A stretch of 64,000 nt of DNA from positions 15,872,001-15,936,000 of the forward strand of contig NC_086379.1 of NCBI RefSeq assembly GCF_036588685.1. The letters are read 5' to 3'. The translations under genes were made by a program, and so were the position numbers. Below the pieces are notes generated by a model. It saw only the letters and a program-made list of their open reading frames with translations, had not been told where the DNA came from and did no database searches. Positions 1-13,213 of the stretch are shown here, piece after piece. This stretch comes from Mytilus trossulus. Its lineage: Eukaryota. The first letter of the stretch is position 1; each line of letters opens with the position of its first letter.

Positions 1-297
1 GTAACTAATTCAGTACATGACATTTTTAGCTTTAGCATTGATTTGAGTAGTGACATTTCGAGCATAATAAGAAAACGATTCTAAATGGCGGATACTATAT
101 TGATCCGGATTGCTTTTTACTTTAAGAGACCATACCACGAATAAGAATAAGATTGATTTAGTTAATTGGTTTCTTATCTATATATCTCACCCCGATTAGA
201 AAACATTTCAACATTGATTTTTTTTTTATAATTACACTGAGAAGGTAAAGTCCCGCAAGTAATTTTATATTCAGTGCATATTTTTAGTATGTGTATA

Positions 298-1898
298 TGT
301 TAGCGGCAATAAGTAAAATTAGGCATTAAGCTTAAATCCTAGGCAATAAGCTAACGCCTAGGCATTAAGTTATTGCCTGAAATTTTCAGGCATTAAGCTT
401 ATTGCCTGAAATCTGATGATGATTATTCATCCTATTGCCGAACATAATTTTAGGCAATAAGTAAACTCTGGATTTTATGCATATTGGGTGATTTATTCTT
501 GATATAGAGTCGTTTATGAATATATATTCATTTGACAGATCTTCAAATTAAGTAACTTTATTTAGTAATTTTAGCAGTTGAAAAACAGAATTAACTCATA
601 CTGTTTTCATGTTTATGTGGTTTTATTAAGTATCAAAAAGACTTTAAAAAAGTAATTGTATTCAATTGGAAAAAGGGGGAGATTCTATAGAATAATTATA
701 ATTATATTTATTTGAAAATTTCTACACTTTATTAGTCGAGCTAGTTTGAACTGGTCAGAAATAGACCAAATTAAGATATGACTTTTTGTATCACACCATT
801 TTTTTTATTTTTTTTTATTTGATACGATTGTATTTGTAAAATAGTTCCAAAATTTGGGATAACAAAATGATTTTTTAACACAAATTTCTATCAAGTTTTC
901 ATATTTCTAAATTATCATTTGATGCATTTTAATATACAAATAACATATTTTATTAGTGAATTTATTTCTGGTCTCTTGTGGAGATTTGATATATTGGTAA
1001 TCATGCCACATCTTCTTTTTTTATATTTAGAATGACACTGGACCCTGTACTTTGCATCGTTAAAATTGGTGAAATTCGATTTGTTTTCTTCTCATTTTCA
1101 AATGTATGTTATTTGCAGTAATAAAATAAAATAGTTGAAGTATTCAGTATTTAAATGAAAGATGCACGAGATTTTCCTATGAACTTTTAAGTATGAAACC
1201 GTGACGCTTCGAATTTAGCTCCCTCAAAGCATAAAATGATTTTACTGATTATATATTTAACTTTAACTATTTACAATTATTTAGTTCAATTCTAGTAATA
1301 TAAAACGTAATTACATTTTTTTTACTTATGTTTTGTTTCAAAGAGTTTGGATCTACAATTATAATATAAAAAATATTTATAACCTTTCATTTAAAACTAA
1401 TAATTATTTTCTAATATTAATCGGTTTATGAATTAAAGTTTTTAATTGAAATTGATACAATATTTCATTTTTTTCATTTTCTATTTTCTTTTACGCCAAT
1501 ACTTCCCAGCTAATATAATCCTCAGATACATGTAGCTTCGATATGCAGCATGCTGAGAAATGTCGTAAGTCGATCCTAACTTGTTCATATTTTCTGTCCT
1601 AAGAATATCTTATAGGACTAATCTTAGGACAGTTTCGACAAACAGGCCACAGTTATCATAATGTTATTATGTAACAAATGTATTTTAATTTAAAAATGAA
1701 TAAATGTCTTTTCTTTACTTGAATTTACATTTTAGGCATTAAGCTTAATGCCTGCACACATTTTTCAGGATTTAAGCTTAAATCCTAGGATTTAAGACTA
1801 ATGCCTACCATCATTTAGGCAATAGACTTACTGCCTAGGCGTTAGCTTATTGCCTAGGATTTAAGCTTAATGCCTAATTTCACTTATTGCCGCTAACA
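298..1898. mobile_element. Non-autonomous DNA transposon (MITE) with TGT...ACA ends, long TIRs and TATA flanks; possibly Ginger-like
   Basis: Left end TGTTAGCGGCAATAAGTAAAATTAGGCATTAAGCTTAAATCCTAGGCAATAAGCTAACGCCTAGGC is the reverse complement of the right end (...GCCTAATTTCACTTATTGCCGCTAACA), about 70 bp with few mismatches. TATA on both sides (294-297, 1899-1902). Subterminal TAGGCATTAAGCTT-like repeats. The superfamily call is inference. Confidence 0.85.
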
Positions 1899-3082
1899 TA
1901 TATATCACGAAGGAATTTTTACATCTTTCTCATTGTATCACTCTGACCACAAGTATACCTAAATTTGATTTATTTTCAACGCATCTTTATAAAAGAGAGA
2001 ATCATTTCACTAATTTCAGAAACTAAATCTGCACTACTTGTGCGAAATATATATATATATAAAAAAATAAATGGTATCTCGCAGCTATATAAAAATTCAT
2101 TATCAATGATATCGTAAGTTAACTGATGCATTTTTATATCAGATATTTATTTGACAACCAATTTGAATTAGGCAAGAGAGCAAAGAAGACTTGGAGCTAG
2201 CAGGGTTCAGGTCATAAGTTGGAAACGAGCTGTTTCGGTTAAGGAAAGCAATTTCACAGTCTTGTAATTGGGGACCAGTTGATTTAGATCTATGGATATT
2301 ATTCATGTACCATGATCACAACAAATCATTCATGCCCTGTCTGTATTATGTATAAATAATGTGATCAAAACTAAGGTCTTGCACAAGGGTAAACCGTCAT
2401 TACTCACAAAGCTTTTTTGCGCACGTTTTAATCGTGCCCAGAAAAAATAAAATGCTACATGTAATGGACAAGATAATCAAATGTTGATTTTCAAATATTT
2501 ACATAAGTTGAAAATAGTATTGCCATGTGTTGGCCGTTCAAGTCACGAATCTTTATTGTTTCTTTCGGGGTTTGTTTAAACTAGCTTTATTGTATTTTTC
2601 ATATGAGTGGAACTGGTAGCTATTAATCCGGGATCCACTTGCGCATTTTTAACTTTAAAGTTTCCATTAGCCTCAAATTTTAGAAAATTGATCAGCAAGG
2701 CAAGATATTTTTACTACTATACTTGGAAAAAAGCTTCGTTGGTTTATGTCTGTCATATTTGTTTTTCGTAAACTGCTTTGTTATAAATTAGGCCGTTAGT
2801 TTTCTCGATTGAAATGTTTTATATTTTCCATGTCGGGACCTCTAATAACAGACTATACGTATTGGGTGTTTCTCATTGTTGAAAGCCGTAAGGTTGACTA
2901 TATTTGCTTACATTTACTTCATTTGTACTTTCAAGTGGATAGTTGTCTCACTGGCAATTATTATCTTTTAATTAACACTAATAATGAATAGAGCAGAAAT
3001 AGTATACACTTCTGCAAGTTATTTTTACAAACTTTATTACCAGATGCGTAGATCTCCGATAAAATTATCGTCTGAAAATTGT

Positions 3083-4911
3083 GGCATGTACTAAAAGCTG
3101 GAGTGGAGTGTAGTGGAGTATTGGAGTGGAGTGTTGGAGTGGAGTCATGGAGTGCAATATTCTTAATATATCCAAAAATTAATATCAATTTAAAGGTCAT
3201 TTATAATTGTTTTTGGTTTTTAAATTGCAGCACACAATGATTTTATATCATTTCATTTGACATACTTGATTATTCATTAAAGTTGGACAATGTTTGGGTA
3301 GCATTTTATGACAGCTTAGATGGAGGAGGGATGATGTAGTGTATCCTGTAATTTATTTTACTGTCATGAATTGTTGTATATTTCTAATAAGAAGGGGGAG
3401 GCAAAGGCCCAGTAACCTATGCAGTTAAAATTAATTTTGGAAGAGCTCACACAACTTTCATAAAAATACACATATTGCTTAATATGTTAATTTTCAAATT
3501 GTGGTACGTATTGTCCCTTTTTAAAAAAAAAAGTATGTCTTATTCCTGGCAAAATATGTTAGAATTAAACAGAGGCTAAAAATTTAACTTGTGATAAAAA
3601 AATATTATTAATATTATATTTTTGTCATCAATGGACATGATATAATAGAATTAAATTATCAATCAACTTTTTCAGTCACTTTGATTTTATCTTACATGTT
3701 AATTAAATGACAGAACTATTTAAAATAGTTTGTTTCTTCCGATTATAAATAGATAAGGAAAATGCATCTAGCCACCATCGCCTGTCCATAGAACCCATAA
3801 AACTGTCATTACTATAACCTTAGAAACTAAATAACTTTAATAGATTAGAAATGTGGTTGCTTTTGATTCATTTGATAAAATAAACAGATGTTAAATCAGT
3901 ACAAACGACACATTAAATGTTCTGCATATTATGAAAACAAGACAGATATAAGTATATAATGAAAACATTTTCAACAAATTTTATTGTAAAATTAAGACTT
4001 TGTCTATTGTCCTGAACATTTAAAGTTGAATTCCGAGCAATTCTAGAAAAAAAATGCTCATCTAATAAACTTTGCTTTATTTCATTAAATCTATGAATTC
4101 AAACTTTTTCTTGCACAATCAACATTTGAATGAAAATATGTGTTTGTAGCGAAACAGATTGTTTCAAGATTATAGATCTTGGAATTAAATACATTCTATC
4201 ATTTTAACACAAGATCATTTAGAACATTTCTATGTTTATCTGAAAATGATTGTCCACAGCCTAATCATTTTCTTATTATTCCAGCTATGAAAGTCAGATG
4301 GAATGGTTGGTCAGTTGAATCATGTCTTTGAACTTCAGTGTCTTGTTTTTTAAAATTATTTACACCAGAATGTTGGTCCTCAATGCTCTTCAACTTCGTA
4401 TTTTATTTGGCCTTTTTAATATTTTTGGATTCGAGCGTCACTGATGAGTCTTTTGTAGACGAAATGCGCGTCTGGCGTAGATACTAAATTAAGTCCTGGT
4501 ATCTATGATGAGTTTATTGTTAACTAACTTAAAGGTAACATTGCCAAGAGACCCCCTTCTAAATTATATTAGAAATCTATCATTTAATATTATTCTTGAC
4601 TTTTTTTTAATATTCTTTGGAGATATAACCTTAAAAAATGACCCTGATACATCCAAGGTGAATAATATTGGTATAATGAACATGAATGCAGTTGGATGCT
4701 GTTCAAACATTTAATCTATGGTTGTTTAGCTACACACGTATACACAATGTCTTATAAATTGGTTTTAGTTCCTAACTCATTGTTTTCACTCCGTGACTCT
4801 ACTCCACAACTCCACTCCACTCCACTCCACTCCACTCCACTCCACTCCACTCCACTCCACCACTCCACTCCACAACTCCACTCCACTCCACTCCACCTTT
4901 TAGTACATGCC
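3083..4911. mobile_element. Non-autonomous Mutator/MULE-like element with 9-bp TSD and (GGAGT)n/(ACTCC)n subterminal arrays
   Basis: TIR GGCATGTACTAAAAG...CTTTTAGTACATGCC. Identical 9-bp flanks GAAAATTGT at 3074-3082 and 4912-4920. Inverted pentamer arrays at about 3099-3154 and 4788-4896. Confidence 0.85.
4435..4478 (+). ncRNA. Type I hammerhead ribozyme motif in a partial retrozyme copy (about 4372-4518)
   Basis: GCGTCA-CTGATGA-GTCT(tttgt)AGAC-GAAA-TGCGCG-TC-TGGCGT: conserved core, stem II, minimal stem III, GUC cleavage triplet, and stem I pairing with two G-U wobbles. Confidence 0.8.
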
Positions 4912-5264
4912 GAAAATTGTTGATATAAATTTACAATTTAAGCGAGTTTTTGTCTGGGTTAATGGTTTTCTTTAATCTTATGTATATTATTACAGAGGTC
5001 AAGAAAAGTCCAAATAAGTTAGGTGATGAATTGATTTTATTGCTTATTAAAGTTGCGTATATCTCAGACTATAAAATTGCTAATTAGTACGATTTTGTTA
5101 TCTGTAAGAGAAACAACGTAATTGGATTAAATACTGTAAACAGTTATACATGGAATTTTATGTATATACGTTTATTAGAGAATACTAGTTTTTGTAAGCA
5201 GTCATAAATGATTTGGCATAATAATTGTTGTCGAACGCCATATATATATACTCATGATATGCAA

Positions 5265-5353
5265 TAAAACAAAAACAAAACAAAACAAAACAAAAACAAA
5301 ACAAAACAAAAACAAAACAAAAAACAAAAACAAAATTAAACAAACAAAACAAA
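5265..5353. repeat. (CAAAA)n-type microsatellite
   Basis: Imperfect CAAAA/CAAAAA tandem array. Confidence 0.9.
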
Positions 5354-6633
5354 ATATTACACGATTCCAGTTTTAATGCCGTATTGACGAGCGCCCCTAA
5401 GACGGCTAATATTCCATCGGCTATTTTTAGAGTCTAATTTTGGGGGGTCTTAACTGCACCTCAGTTTTCAAAGTTTTTGTCTGGGCAACACGATACATTA
5501 ACTAGTTCGAATTGACTTTGAACATGCTTTCAGTCACTGCGAGTACTCTTAGGTGGGTACTTGATGTCTTTAGTCTATTTGTTAGTTGTGTATTGTGTTT
5601 TGTGTCTAGCTAATGAGTCAAACCTGCCTCAACTTTGTTTTATTTTGTGTTGTTAACCGATGTCCCCGGTTACGGTAGGGATAAATTCTCACAAACTTGT
5701 TGTTTGTCGCAGTCTTTTATACTTGTTGTACGTTTAAATTGATTTATACTTAAATATGACTTTGTTTTCTTGTTTGCCGGGACCCTTTGTTGATATTATA
5801 CTGTATGGACTATGTTTAATGGTGAAGGCTGTACGGTGGTATATAGCTGTTTACGACCACGTTATTAAGTTTAAAAATAGTTCATGTCAGATCTTCTAGT
5901 TTATATATTTTCTGATAGTAAAAGTAGAATTCAGCCAATGGTAATATAAAAAATATCAACCATATATCCGATTACAAACATACATATAACAGTTGGCAAG
6001 TCAAATATTTTTATCTGTTATCATATCAATTTTATTTATTTTTCTATATTGTAAATTACCAATCTAGAGCTGTTTATTGATTGATTGTCAATTTAAGATA
6101 TTTCATGTTTCCAAAAGCGTGCTTGGAAAGTGGGGTTTTCAATCACCAAAACTTCGATGTTGCTCGGAAGTTTGCAGTTACTTATGGTTGTGTTCTCTTA
6201 TACATTTTCGTATCACAATTTTTTAGCAAGGTCAAAGTGTTATGGGACACTTTAAGTAAAGAGATAAACTAATCGTATGCTCATTTTTGAAGGGCCCTGC
6301 AATATTAAGTAATCCACTAAAATGAACATGACATCGGACAACCGTTCTATACGATAGGTCCTATCTTATAAGTGATATTGATTTTCTCCAAGATTTGTTA
6401 CTTAGTCAAATTTGCTTTGTTCAAATGTTACCACGATTGCAATACAAGCACAAGATTCCAAATAAGTGATTGAACCAAACTACAGTGAGAAGGAATATGT
6501 TATTTGTCAGATTTGAAAGCTATCTAATTTTATACAAGTTACAAGTTACAATTTTAATTTATGCAATTATCTGTTTTCATCTATTTATTGTCTATCAAAC
6601 GGCGAAGTAGGTTATTGGCTTCGGGAATCTGTT

Positions 6634-7211
6634 TGTGATGTTACATGACCCAAAATCAAAGAACACTATAAATTTGGATATGTTTATTCCTCCTTCTACT
6701 GAGGGTAAAAGACTACAAAAAAGAAAATAACACAATGTAAATGACAAGCAAACATGCATGTATCAATCATATGATAAGTCATTTATAACAAACAATCAAT
6801 ATCAAACATAAAAATATTGGATGAATAACACCGACTTTATACTAGTAAAATCTTGAAAATAAAACCAACTTTTTACGATTCACACGTTCCATACAGTGAA
6901 CATTAAAAAATCTGACATGACCCATGTGATCAACTCATTTGACGATTCGCACTTTTCATACAGTGATTTGAACAACGTGGTTTGTGTGTGAAATAATTCA
7001 AAGCGTATACTTTATAATCAGTAAAAATACTTATGTAAACTTTATATAACAATAGTTTTAAGATAAATAAATGTAAAGAACTTACTCTATGGCGCTTATA
7101 ACCAGCAAATATAAGTGTTGAAAGCAGAACAAATTTGACAGGAAATGCGTCTGACATTACAGAAATTCTAATAAAGGAAACAAATCGGAAATCCGTTCCG
7201 GTAACATTACA
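6634..7211 (-). repeat. 3' LTR of BEL/Pao element
   Basis: 578 bp; matches 13214-13791 with one substitution seen (AGAAATTCTA vs AGAAATACTA); imperfect terminal inverted repeat TGTGATGTTAC...GTAACATTACA. Confidence 0.96.
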
Positions 7212-7472
7212 CTCCCCTTCCGATATTTCTAACTGAAAATCGCTATAAAAAATTAACTCATTTATCTTTAATCACATGATGGTAAATTATTACTTCTATA
7301 GCATGTTAAACTTGAAAAACTAGAGAAAAGATGTGTGATACATTGTTACTCACAATACACATACATTCAAAAAAATGACAATGAATGAACATAAAAAATC
7401 ATACTAAATTTCTCAAAAATCTCACAATGTATCTATAATATAAACCACTTGCAATTGTCGAACTGAAGAGTT

Positions 7473-10400
7473 TTAAGATGCTTCAATCAATCGAACCAAT
7501 TCGCTTATTGGTCTCACATACGACTTCCTTTGTCCATCAACGACTATAGACACTTGGACCTTTCTAACTTTAGAATCATCACTTTCAAATACTTTGTCAA
7601 TAACACCAAGTGGCCATTGACTTCGAGGAAGCTCGGTCTTCCGCATGAGAATGACATCACCTTCAAGGAAATTGTCACCTCCAGATTTCCATTTCGGACG
7701 AGCCTGAAGGCTATCGATGTACTCTGTTTGCCAACGAGACCAGAATTGATCGGCTAGATACTGAACAAGTTTCCACTGGCTTCGCATCGCATCCTTTGTT
7801 CCGAATTCAACTTGTCCAAGAGATCCACTTGACGACGCAGGCTTCTGAGTTAAAAGAAGAGATGGCGAAAGAACTGACGGGTTTTCAGGATCACTAGAAA
7901 CTGGAACCAATGGCCTCGAATTGACCATGGCACTGACTTCGCACATTAATGTTGAAAGTACTTCATGTGTTAAATCCTTGAACTTATTTTGCAATAACAA
8001 TGAATCTAGAATACGTCTACATGAGCCTATCATGCGCTCCCACACACCACCAAAATGTGATGCATGAGGGGGGTTGAAAATCCAAACTATTTCATTGTCT
8101 GATAAAAACTGCTTCATCGGAGTGTCTTCAACGAATTCTGATACAATATTAAGCTCCTTCGCAGCACCTATGAAATTAGTACCACGGTCTGACCTCAATT
8201 CCTGAATTGGTCCACGCAAAGCAATAAATCTTCGCAAAGCGTTAATAAAAGAGGCACTACTTAATTCCTCAATAAGTTCCACATGTATTGCACGAGATAC
8301 TAAGCATGTCAATAATAGACCCCAACGTTTGTTTGAAGAACTTGCTGCGCGTGTTCGACGGACAATAACTTGCCATGGACCGAAAACATCCAAACCTACA
8401 TAAGTGAACGGTGCATCAACTTGTAACCTGTCAGCTGGCAGGTCTGCCATTTGAGTCCAACCGAACTTGCCACGTAATTTCCTGCAAAGTACACAATTAT
8501 GGATGACACTATTGACTTTTCGCTTAACGCCTAATATCCATAAACCAGCAGCACGTATTGCGCCTTCGGTCATTGTCCTGCCCTGATGTTGAACCTTCGC
8601 ATGATAATGTCTTATGAGAAGAATTGTGACATGGTGGTTTCTCGGTATAATATATGGATGTTTGTCTAGTGGCAAGTCTGCAGTATTATCGCCCTTAGTA
8701 AGCATATGTCTGATACGACCTCCAACTCGCAAGACACCATTGTTATCTAAGATAGGGTTGAGTGATATTAACGAACTATTCTTCGGTAAATTCTGACCAC
8801 ATCCTATTGCTTCAAGTTCCGTGTGAAAACATTCGTTTTGCACATGTTTTAAAACCACAAGTTCAGCTTCCTCTGTTGTAACAGCTGATTTGTCGCCACT
8901 TTTTCTACGCATGCAAACTTTCATAAGTCGAACCATACAAACTAATTTTGACCACTTAGAAAATTTATCAATACTGTTACATAACAGACAAGATGTAGAT
9001 ACATGTAGAGTTGATTTAGCCGTTGAAATAACAGTCCTTACTTCCTTATCAATATCGGGTTCCACTAACGGGAAATTCAGATCATCGATAGTTTTTAAAT
9101 TCGTTGTTAGGCAACTCGGTCCTCTTATCCATTTGCTTGATGGTAAATCACTAGCAGAGAACGGGCGTGTCGCAAGATCAGCTGGATTTTCTTTAGTCGG
9201 GATATGATTCCATTGTTTGGGCATACTAAAGGCTCTGATTCGGCCTACACGGTTTGCGACATACACAAAAAATCTTTTTTCATCGTTCGAAATATAGCCA
9301 AGTACTATTTGGCTGTCAGTATAGAAATGAAAGTCTTCATTGTCTATGTCTAATTGATCTTTAATAATCTCTGCTATGTCTATTCCAAGCACAGCAGCAC
9401 ATAGTTCCAGACGGGGTATAGTATGTCCGTGCTTCGGAGCAACCTTCGTTTTTCCAATAAGGAATCCTATATCACTAGTTTCTCCTGAGAACACCTTTAA
9501 GTACGCAACGGCGGCTACAGCTTCCTTCGATGCATCACAAAAAACATGAACTTCTAACCTACTTGCATTCTCAACTGAATAAATACAATACATTCTTGGA
9601 ATACACAATTCACAAAGGTTCTTCAACGAGTCAACCCATAATTTCCAGCGTTTATGAAAATCTTCCTCTAGCGGATCATCCCAGTCGGTAGATGAAGAGC
9701 ATGACATAATCTCGCGTAGCAATAACTTTCCTTCTAGAGTTACTGGTGCGGTAAAACCAATGGGGTCGAATAAGCTGTTGATAGTAGAGAGCACCCCACG
9801 GCGCGTGAATGGCTTCGGTTCTGTATCGACACTAAATACAAAGGCATCTAAATTAATGTCCCATGATATGCCTAGACTTCTTTGCAACGGTAAATTTTCT
9901 TCGTCAATGTCAATGTTTTTCAAGTCTTTCGCAAGATCATCTTTAGCAAATTGTTTAAGTACTTCTGTTGAGTTCGACGCAATTTTGTGTAGTCTTAATC
10001 TGCCGCCTTTCATCAATTCGCTTTGTGTATTCTTCACTAAATCAACGACTTCGCACACACTTGAACAACTTATTAGTCCATCATCGACGTAGAAGTTCTT
10101 AGATACAAATTTCTGAACGTCTAGAGATGCCGTTTGGACAGATCTACGCAAACCATATGTGGCAACAGCTGGTGAAGGGCTGTTGCCAAATACATGAACT
10201 GTCATTCTAAACTCCTCCAGAGGTTTACTTAAATCACTATTTGGGTGCCATAAGAAACGAAGATAGTTGCGATGATCGGTCTTAACACGGAAGTTATGAA
10301 ACATTTGTTCCACATCAGCGGTTACTGCAACGCGTTCACGACGAAACCTAAGCAGAACTCCTTGAAGACTATTCGACAAGTCTGGGCCCGACATTAACAC

Positions 10401-13184
10401 ATCATTGAGGGCTACACCTCCAAATTGAGCGGACGAATCAAAAACAACTCTGATAGATTCTGGCTTTCGAGGATGGTATACCCCGAACATGGGCAAATAC
10501 CATCGCTTATCATTCGGTAATAGACTTGGTGCTTTTTCAGCATGACCACGTTCAAATATTTTGTCCATAAACAACTTCACATGTTCCAACTTAGTAGGAT
10601 TACGGCGCAAATTCATGTCAAGAGAATTGGCGCGTTTTAACGCAAGAGCTTTGTTATCTGGCAATGGTTGAATATTCTTACGAAATGGCAAAGGTGCGGT
10701 CCAATGCCCATCAGTGTCTTTTTCAAACTCTGAGTCCATTAACCTTAGAAAACGTGTATCGTCCACTGAAAGTCCTATTTTGTTATCCTTATCTGTTTTT
10801 ATAAATAAATCGGTTTCAACCTTAATTTTACTTTGACAAGGTTCAAATAATGTTGGTCGACCGCTATTTGTGATGTATGTTTTGTATACAGTTATTTCAG
10901 GAACATGTGCATTTCCAAGACAGACTTGTCCAACAATGACCCAACCTAAGGGTAACTTTTGTGCAAATGGGAGCCGGTCTCCCTCAGTTCTCTGATCTAA
11001 TACATAATGCACTGCAGATATGTCTCGACCAATTAATAGCTCTATTTCTATGTCTTCCATCACTTTAGGAATATATTTGGATATTGGTTTGAGATGGGGA
11101 TATTGAAACGCAATTTCTGGAGACGGAATCTCGTCTCCTTTGCAAGGAATGTCATTACATTCTATAATGTTTGGCAATTTATACATACAACTTCCATCTA
11201 AAGACTGAACAGAATATCCAGTTCCTTGCCTACCACTTGCTTGAACTTTACCAGCACAAGAAATCAACGAATAATTTATATCAGGTCCATGATCCTGGAA
11301 TGCGTTAAAGAGGTTAGATGTTGCTAATGTGTGCGAACTCTGATCATCAATCATTGCGTAGACAATACGATGTTTTTCAGGCATGTTGTGATTTACAATT
11401 TTTACCGGAATAATTTTGGCGCATGATTTGCTTGTATTTTCAGGATACCCACACACCTGTGTACACGACACCTTAACATCATCACCAGAGTCCTTGGTCC
11501 CCTCCCCTTCTTGGACTGAGACCTCCACATGAAGTGCTGTGGGATGTGATTGACTCTTACATATAGCACATTTAATATTGTCATATTTACAGTTTGCAGC
11601 CCTATGCTTTGTTGGACCACAACATTTGAAACAAATACTGTTTGTTAGAATAAAGTTTCGTCTTTCCGATAAGGGTTTCTTCCGGAATGCCATACAATCA
11701 TTAAGAAGATGATTTGTCTTGTGTATCGGGCACAAATTTTCCTTGTGTAACTCATTGTTTGTTTTTCTTTCCTCTGCAATTGTTTCTGTTTTATGAGTAG
11801 AAATGTTCACATTTCTGTACGATTTCCTATACGTGCGATCTTGTTCGCTTGCACTACTTGTTTTCTCATGAGTACCGGTAAGTTGAAAACTTGGGTCATT
11901 CTTCATTTTAGCGATTCTCTGTATGAATTGTTCGAAAAATGTAAACGGGGGATAGACACATTGTTCTCGTTCCTTGTATCTTGTTGCATCTGATGTCCAT
12001 TTCTCACGGAGATTCCATGGCAGTTTGGAAATGAGGAGATTAACTCCTGTCGAGGAGTCAAAATACGAAAACAGAATGTTATACTGAGGTTGACATTTTA
12101 TTGAAGCTATTTCAGAAGCAAGGTCTGCTAACTCATATAAGCGTTTTGGGTCTTGTTTGTCAATGACCTTGAATGACGAAATTCTTCTTTTTAAGCATGT
12201 CTCTATGACTTCTGGCGAACCGAACCTTTGTTCTAGTCGTTCCCAAATTTTCTCAACTGCTAAACCTGGATTTATCGCATTACATGCACGAATGGTTGAC
12301 GCATGTTTTGATGACTCAGGCCCTAGCCAACGTACTAATAAATCGAGTTCTTCTGTAGAAGAAGTGTCTAATTCTAGCATGATGCCCTTAAAATTTATTT
12401 TCCATGAAACATATAGCATGGGATTATCGTCAAATTTCGATAGGCGATTTAAGATGAGATCTTTCTTAATCAAAAAGCGACTTAGTCCAGTGGCAGATTG
12501 TAAGGTTGAATCATCTATTGTTCTTGGTTTAAATGCTGAAGCAGATGCATTTAGCGTTGAAACTGGTTCAATATTACTTGGTTGTTCATAATTATCACTT
12601 GTGAACTTTTGGCTAGCCTGGCCATGCGGAGTACTAGATGAAAAAGTTACATGGTTGTTGTTATTAGAATCTGTCTTTGTGTCACTACAAAATCGTTCAT
12701 CAGAATCTATTCTTTTAACTAAAGTCTGATCATGATCATCTAAACTTAACAGATAGTCACTTTGAGCACTTTTCAACTCTAACAGTGCCTCTAACTCTGC
12801 TGTTTGCTTCCGAATCTCAATCTCAGTTTCTAAACACTTTAATCTAATACGTTTGGCTTCAAGTTCTTTTGATTGTCTTTGTTGGGTAGCTGTACTAGCT
12901 AATGTTACAGAATCTGTACTTACAGATGGTTGTTGTGGCACAGGAGAATCTATGCAAAAAGATTGTTGCACAGGTAGACTTCTATCAGGAGACGCCTGCA
13001 CAGATGAACTTCTTTGTGGAGATGGCTTATTACTAACATGAACTTGATCAAAGCATTCATCAAAGTCTGAAAGTAGTTGTTTAACCAATTCAATGTTTTT
13101 GTCCAATGATTTATCGTAATCATCTCTACTTTCACAAAATGACTGTATTTTGTCTGAAAACGCATGTCCTTCAGCTTGACACAT
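7473..13184 (-). CDS. BEL/Pao Gag-Pol polyprotein (Gag zinc knuckles, aspartic protease, RT, RNase H, integrase), 1903 aa
   Basis: Three BEL-type knuckles (CPIHKTNHLLNDC, CFKCCGPTKHRAANC, CAICKSQSHPTALH), protease IDDQS, RT NFYVDD, RNase H VHVFCDAS...TIPRLEL, integrase HHCC plus LDVFGP/SDRGTNF/GGVWERM. Domain order PR-RT-RH-IN. Confidence 0.97.
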   Translation of the reverse strand: MCQAEGHAFSDKIQSFCESRDDYDKSLDKNIELVKQLLSDFDECFDQVHVSNKPSPQRSSSVQASPDRSLPVQQSFCIDSPVPQQPSVSTDSVTLASTATQQRQSKELEAKRIRLKCLETEIEIRKQTAELEALLELKSAQSDYLLSLDDHDQTLVKRIDSDERFCSDTKTDSNNNNHVTFSSSTPHGQASQKFTSDNYEQPSNIEPVSTLNASASAFKPRTIDDSTLQSATGLSRFLIKKDLILNRLSKFDDNPMLYVSWKINFKGIMLELDTSSTEELDLLVRWLGPESSKHASTIRACNAINPGLAVEKIWERLEQRFGSPEVIETCLKRRISSFKVIDKQDPKRLYELADLASEIASIKCQPQYNILFSYFDSSTGVNLLISKLPWNLREKWTSDATRYKEREQCVYPPFTFFEQFIQRIAKMKNDPSFQLTGTHEKTSSASEQDRTYRKSYRNVNISTHKTETIAEERKTNNELHKENLCPIHKTNHLLNDCMAFRKKPLSERRNFILTNSICFKCCGPTKHRAANCKYDNIKCAICKSQSHPTALHVEVSVQEGEGTKDSGDDVKVSCTQVCGYPENTSKSCAKIIPVKIVNHNMPEKHRIVYAMIDDQSSHTLATSNLFNAFQDHGPDINYSLISCAGKVQASGRQGTGYSVQSLDGSCMYKLPNIIECNDIPCKGDEIPSPEIAFQYPHLKPISKYIPKVMEDIEIELLIGRDISAVHYVLDQRTEGDRLPFAQKLPLGWVIVGQVCLGNAHVPEITVYKTYITNSGRPTLFEPCQSKIKVETDLFIKTDKDNKIGLSVDDTRFLRLMDSEFEKDTDGHWTAPLPFRKNIQPLPDNKALALKRANSLDMNLRRNPTKLEHVKLFMDKIFERGHAEKAPSLLPNDKRWYLPMFGVYHPRKPESIRVVFDSSAQFGGVALNDVLMSGPDLSNSLQGVLLRFRRERVAVTADVEQMFHNFRVKTDHRNYLRFLWHPNSDLSKPLEEFRMTVHVFGNSPSPAVATYGLRRSVQTASLDVQKFVSKNFYVDDGLISCSSVCEVVDLVKNTQSELMKGGRLRLHKIASNSTEVLKQFAKDDLAKDLKNIDIDEENLPLQRSLGISWDINLDAFVFSVDTEPKPFTRRGVLSTINSLFDPIGFTAPVTLEGKLLLREIMSCSSSTDWDDPLEEDFHKRWKLWVDSLKNLCELCIPRMYCIYSVENASRLEVHVFCDASKEAVAAVAYLKVFSGETSDIGFLIGKTKVAPKHGHTIPRLELCAAVLGIDIAEIIKDQLDIDNEDFHFYTDSQIVLGYISNDEKRFFVYVANRVGRIRAFSMPKQWNHIPTKENPADLATRPFSASDLPSSKWIRGPSCLTTNLKTIDDLNFPLVEPDIDKEVRTVISTAKSTLHVSTSCLLCNSIDKFSKWSKLVCMVRLMKVCMRRKSGDKSAVTTEEAELVVLKHVQNECFHTELEAIGCGQNLPKNSSLISLNPILDNNGVLRVGGRIRHMLTKGDNTADLPLDKHPYIIPRNHHVTILLIRHYHAKVQHQGRTMTEGAIRAAGLWILGVKRKVNSVIHNCVLCRKLRGKFGWTQMADLPADRLQVDAPFTYVGLDVFGPWQVIVRRTRAASSSNKRWGLLLTCLVSRAIHVELIEELSSASFINALRRFIALRGPIQELRSDRGTNFIGAAKELNIVSEFVEDTPMKQFLSDNEIVWIFNPPHASHFGGVWERMIGSCRRILDSLLLQNKFKDLTHEVLSTLMCEVSAMVNSRPLVPVSSDPENPSVLSPSLLLTQKPASSSGSLGQVEFGTKDAMRSQWKLVQYLADQFWSRWQTEYIDSLQARPKWKSGGDNFLEGDVILMRKTELPRSQWPLGVIDKVFESDDSKVRKVQVSIVVDGQRKSYVRPISELVRLIEAS

Positions 13185-13213
13185 CTTTGCTGTTGCTGTA
13201 TAAGATCTTTTAC

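Noticed and set aside
4696-4923. ORF with STPLH repeats (also 2961-3200)
   Set aside because: It is the translation of the (ACTCC)n arrays in transposon ends.
6930-7157. 75-aa ORF present twice (also 13510-13737)
   Set aside because: It lies within the two LTRs and has no protein features.
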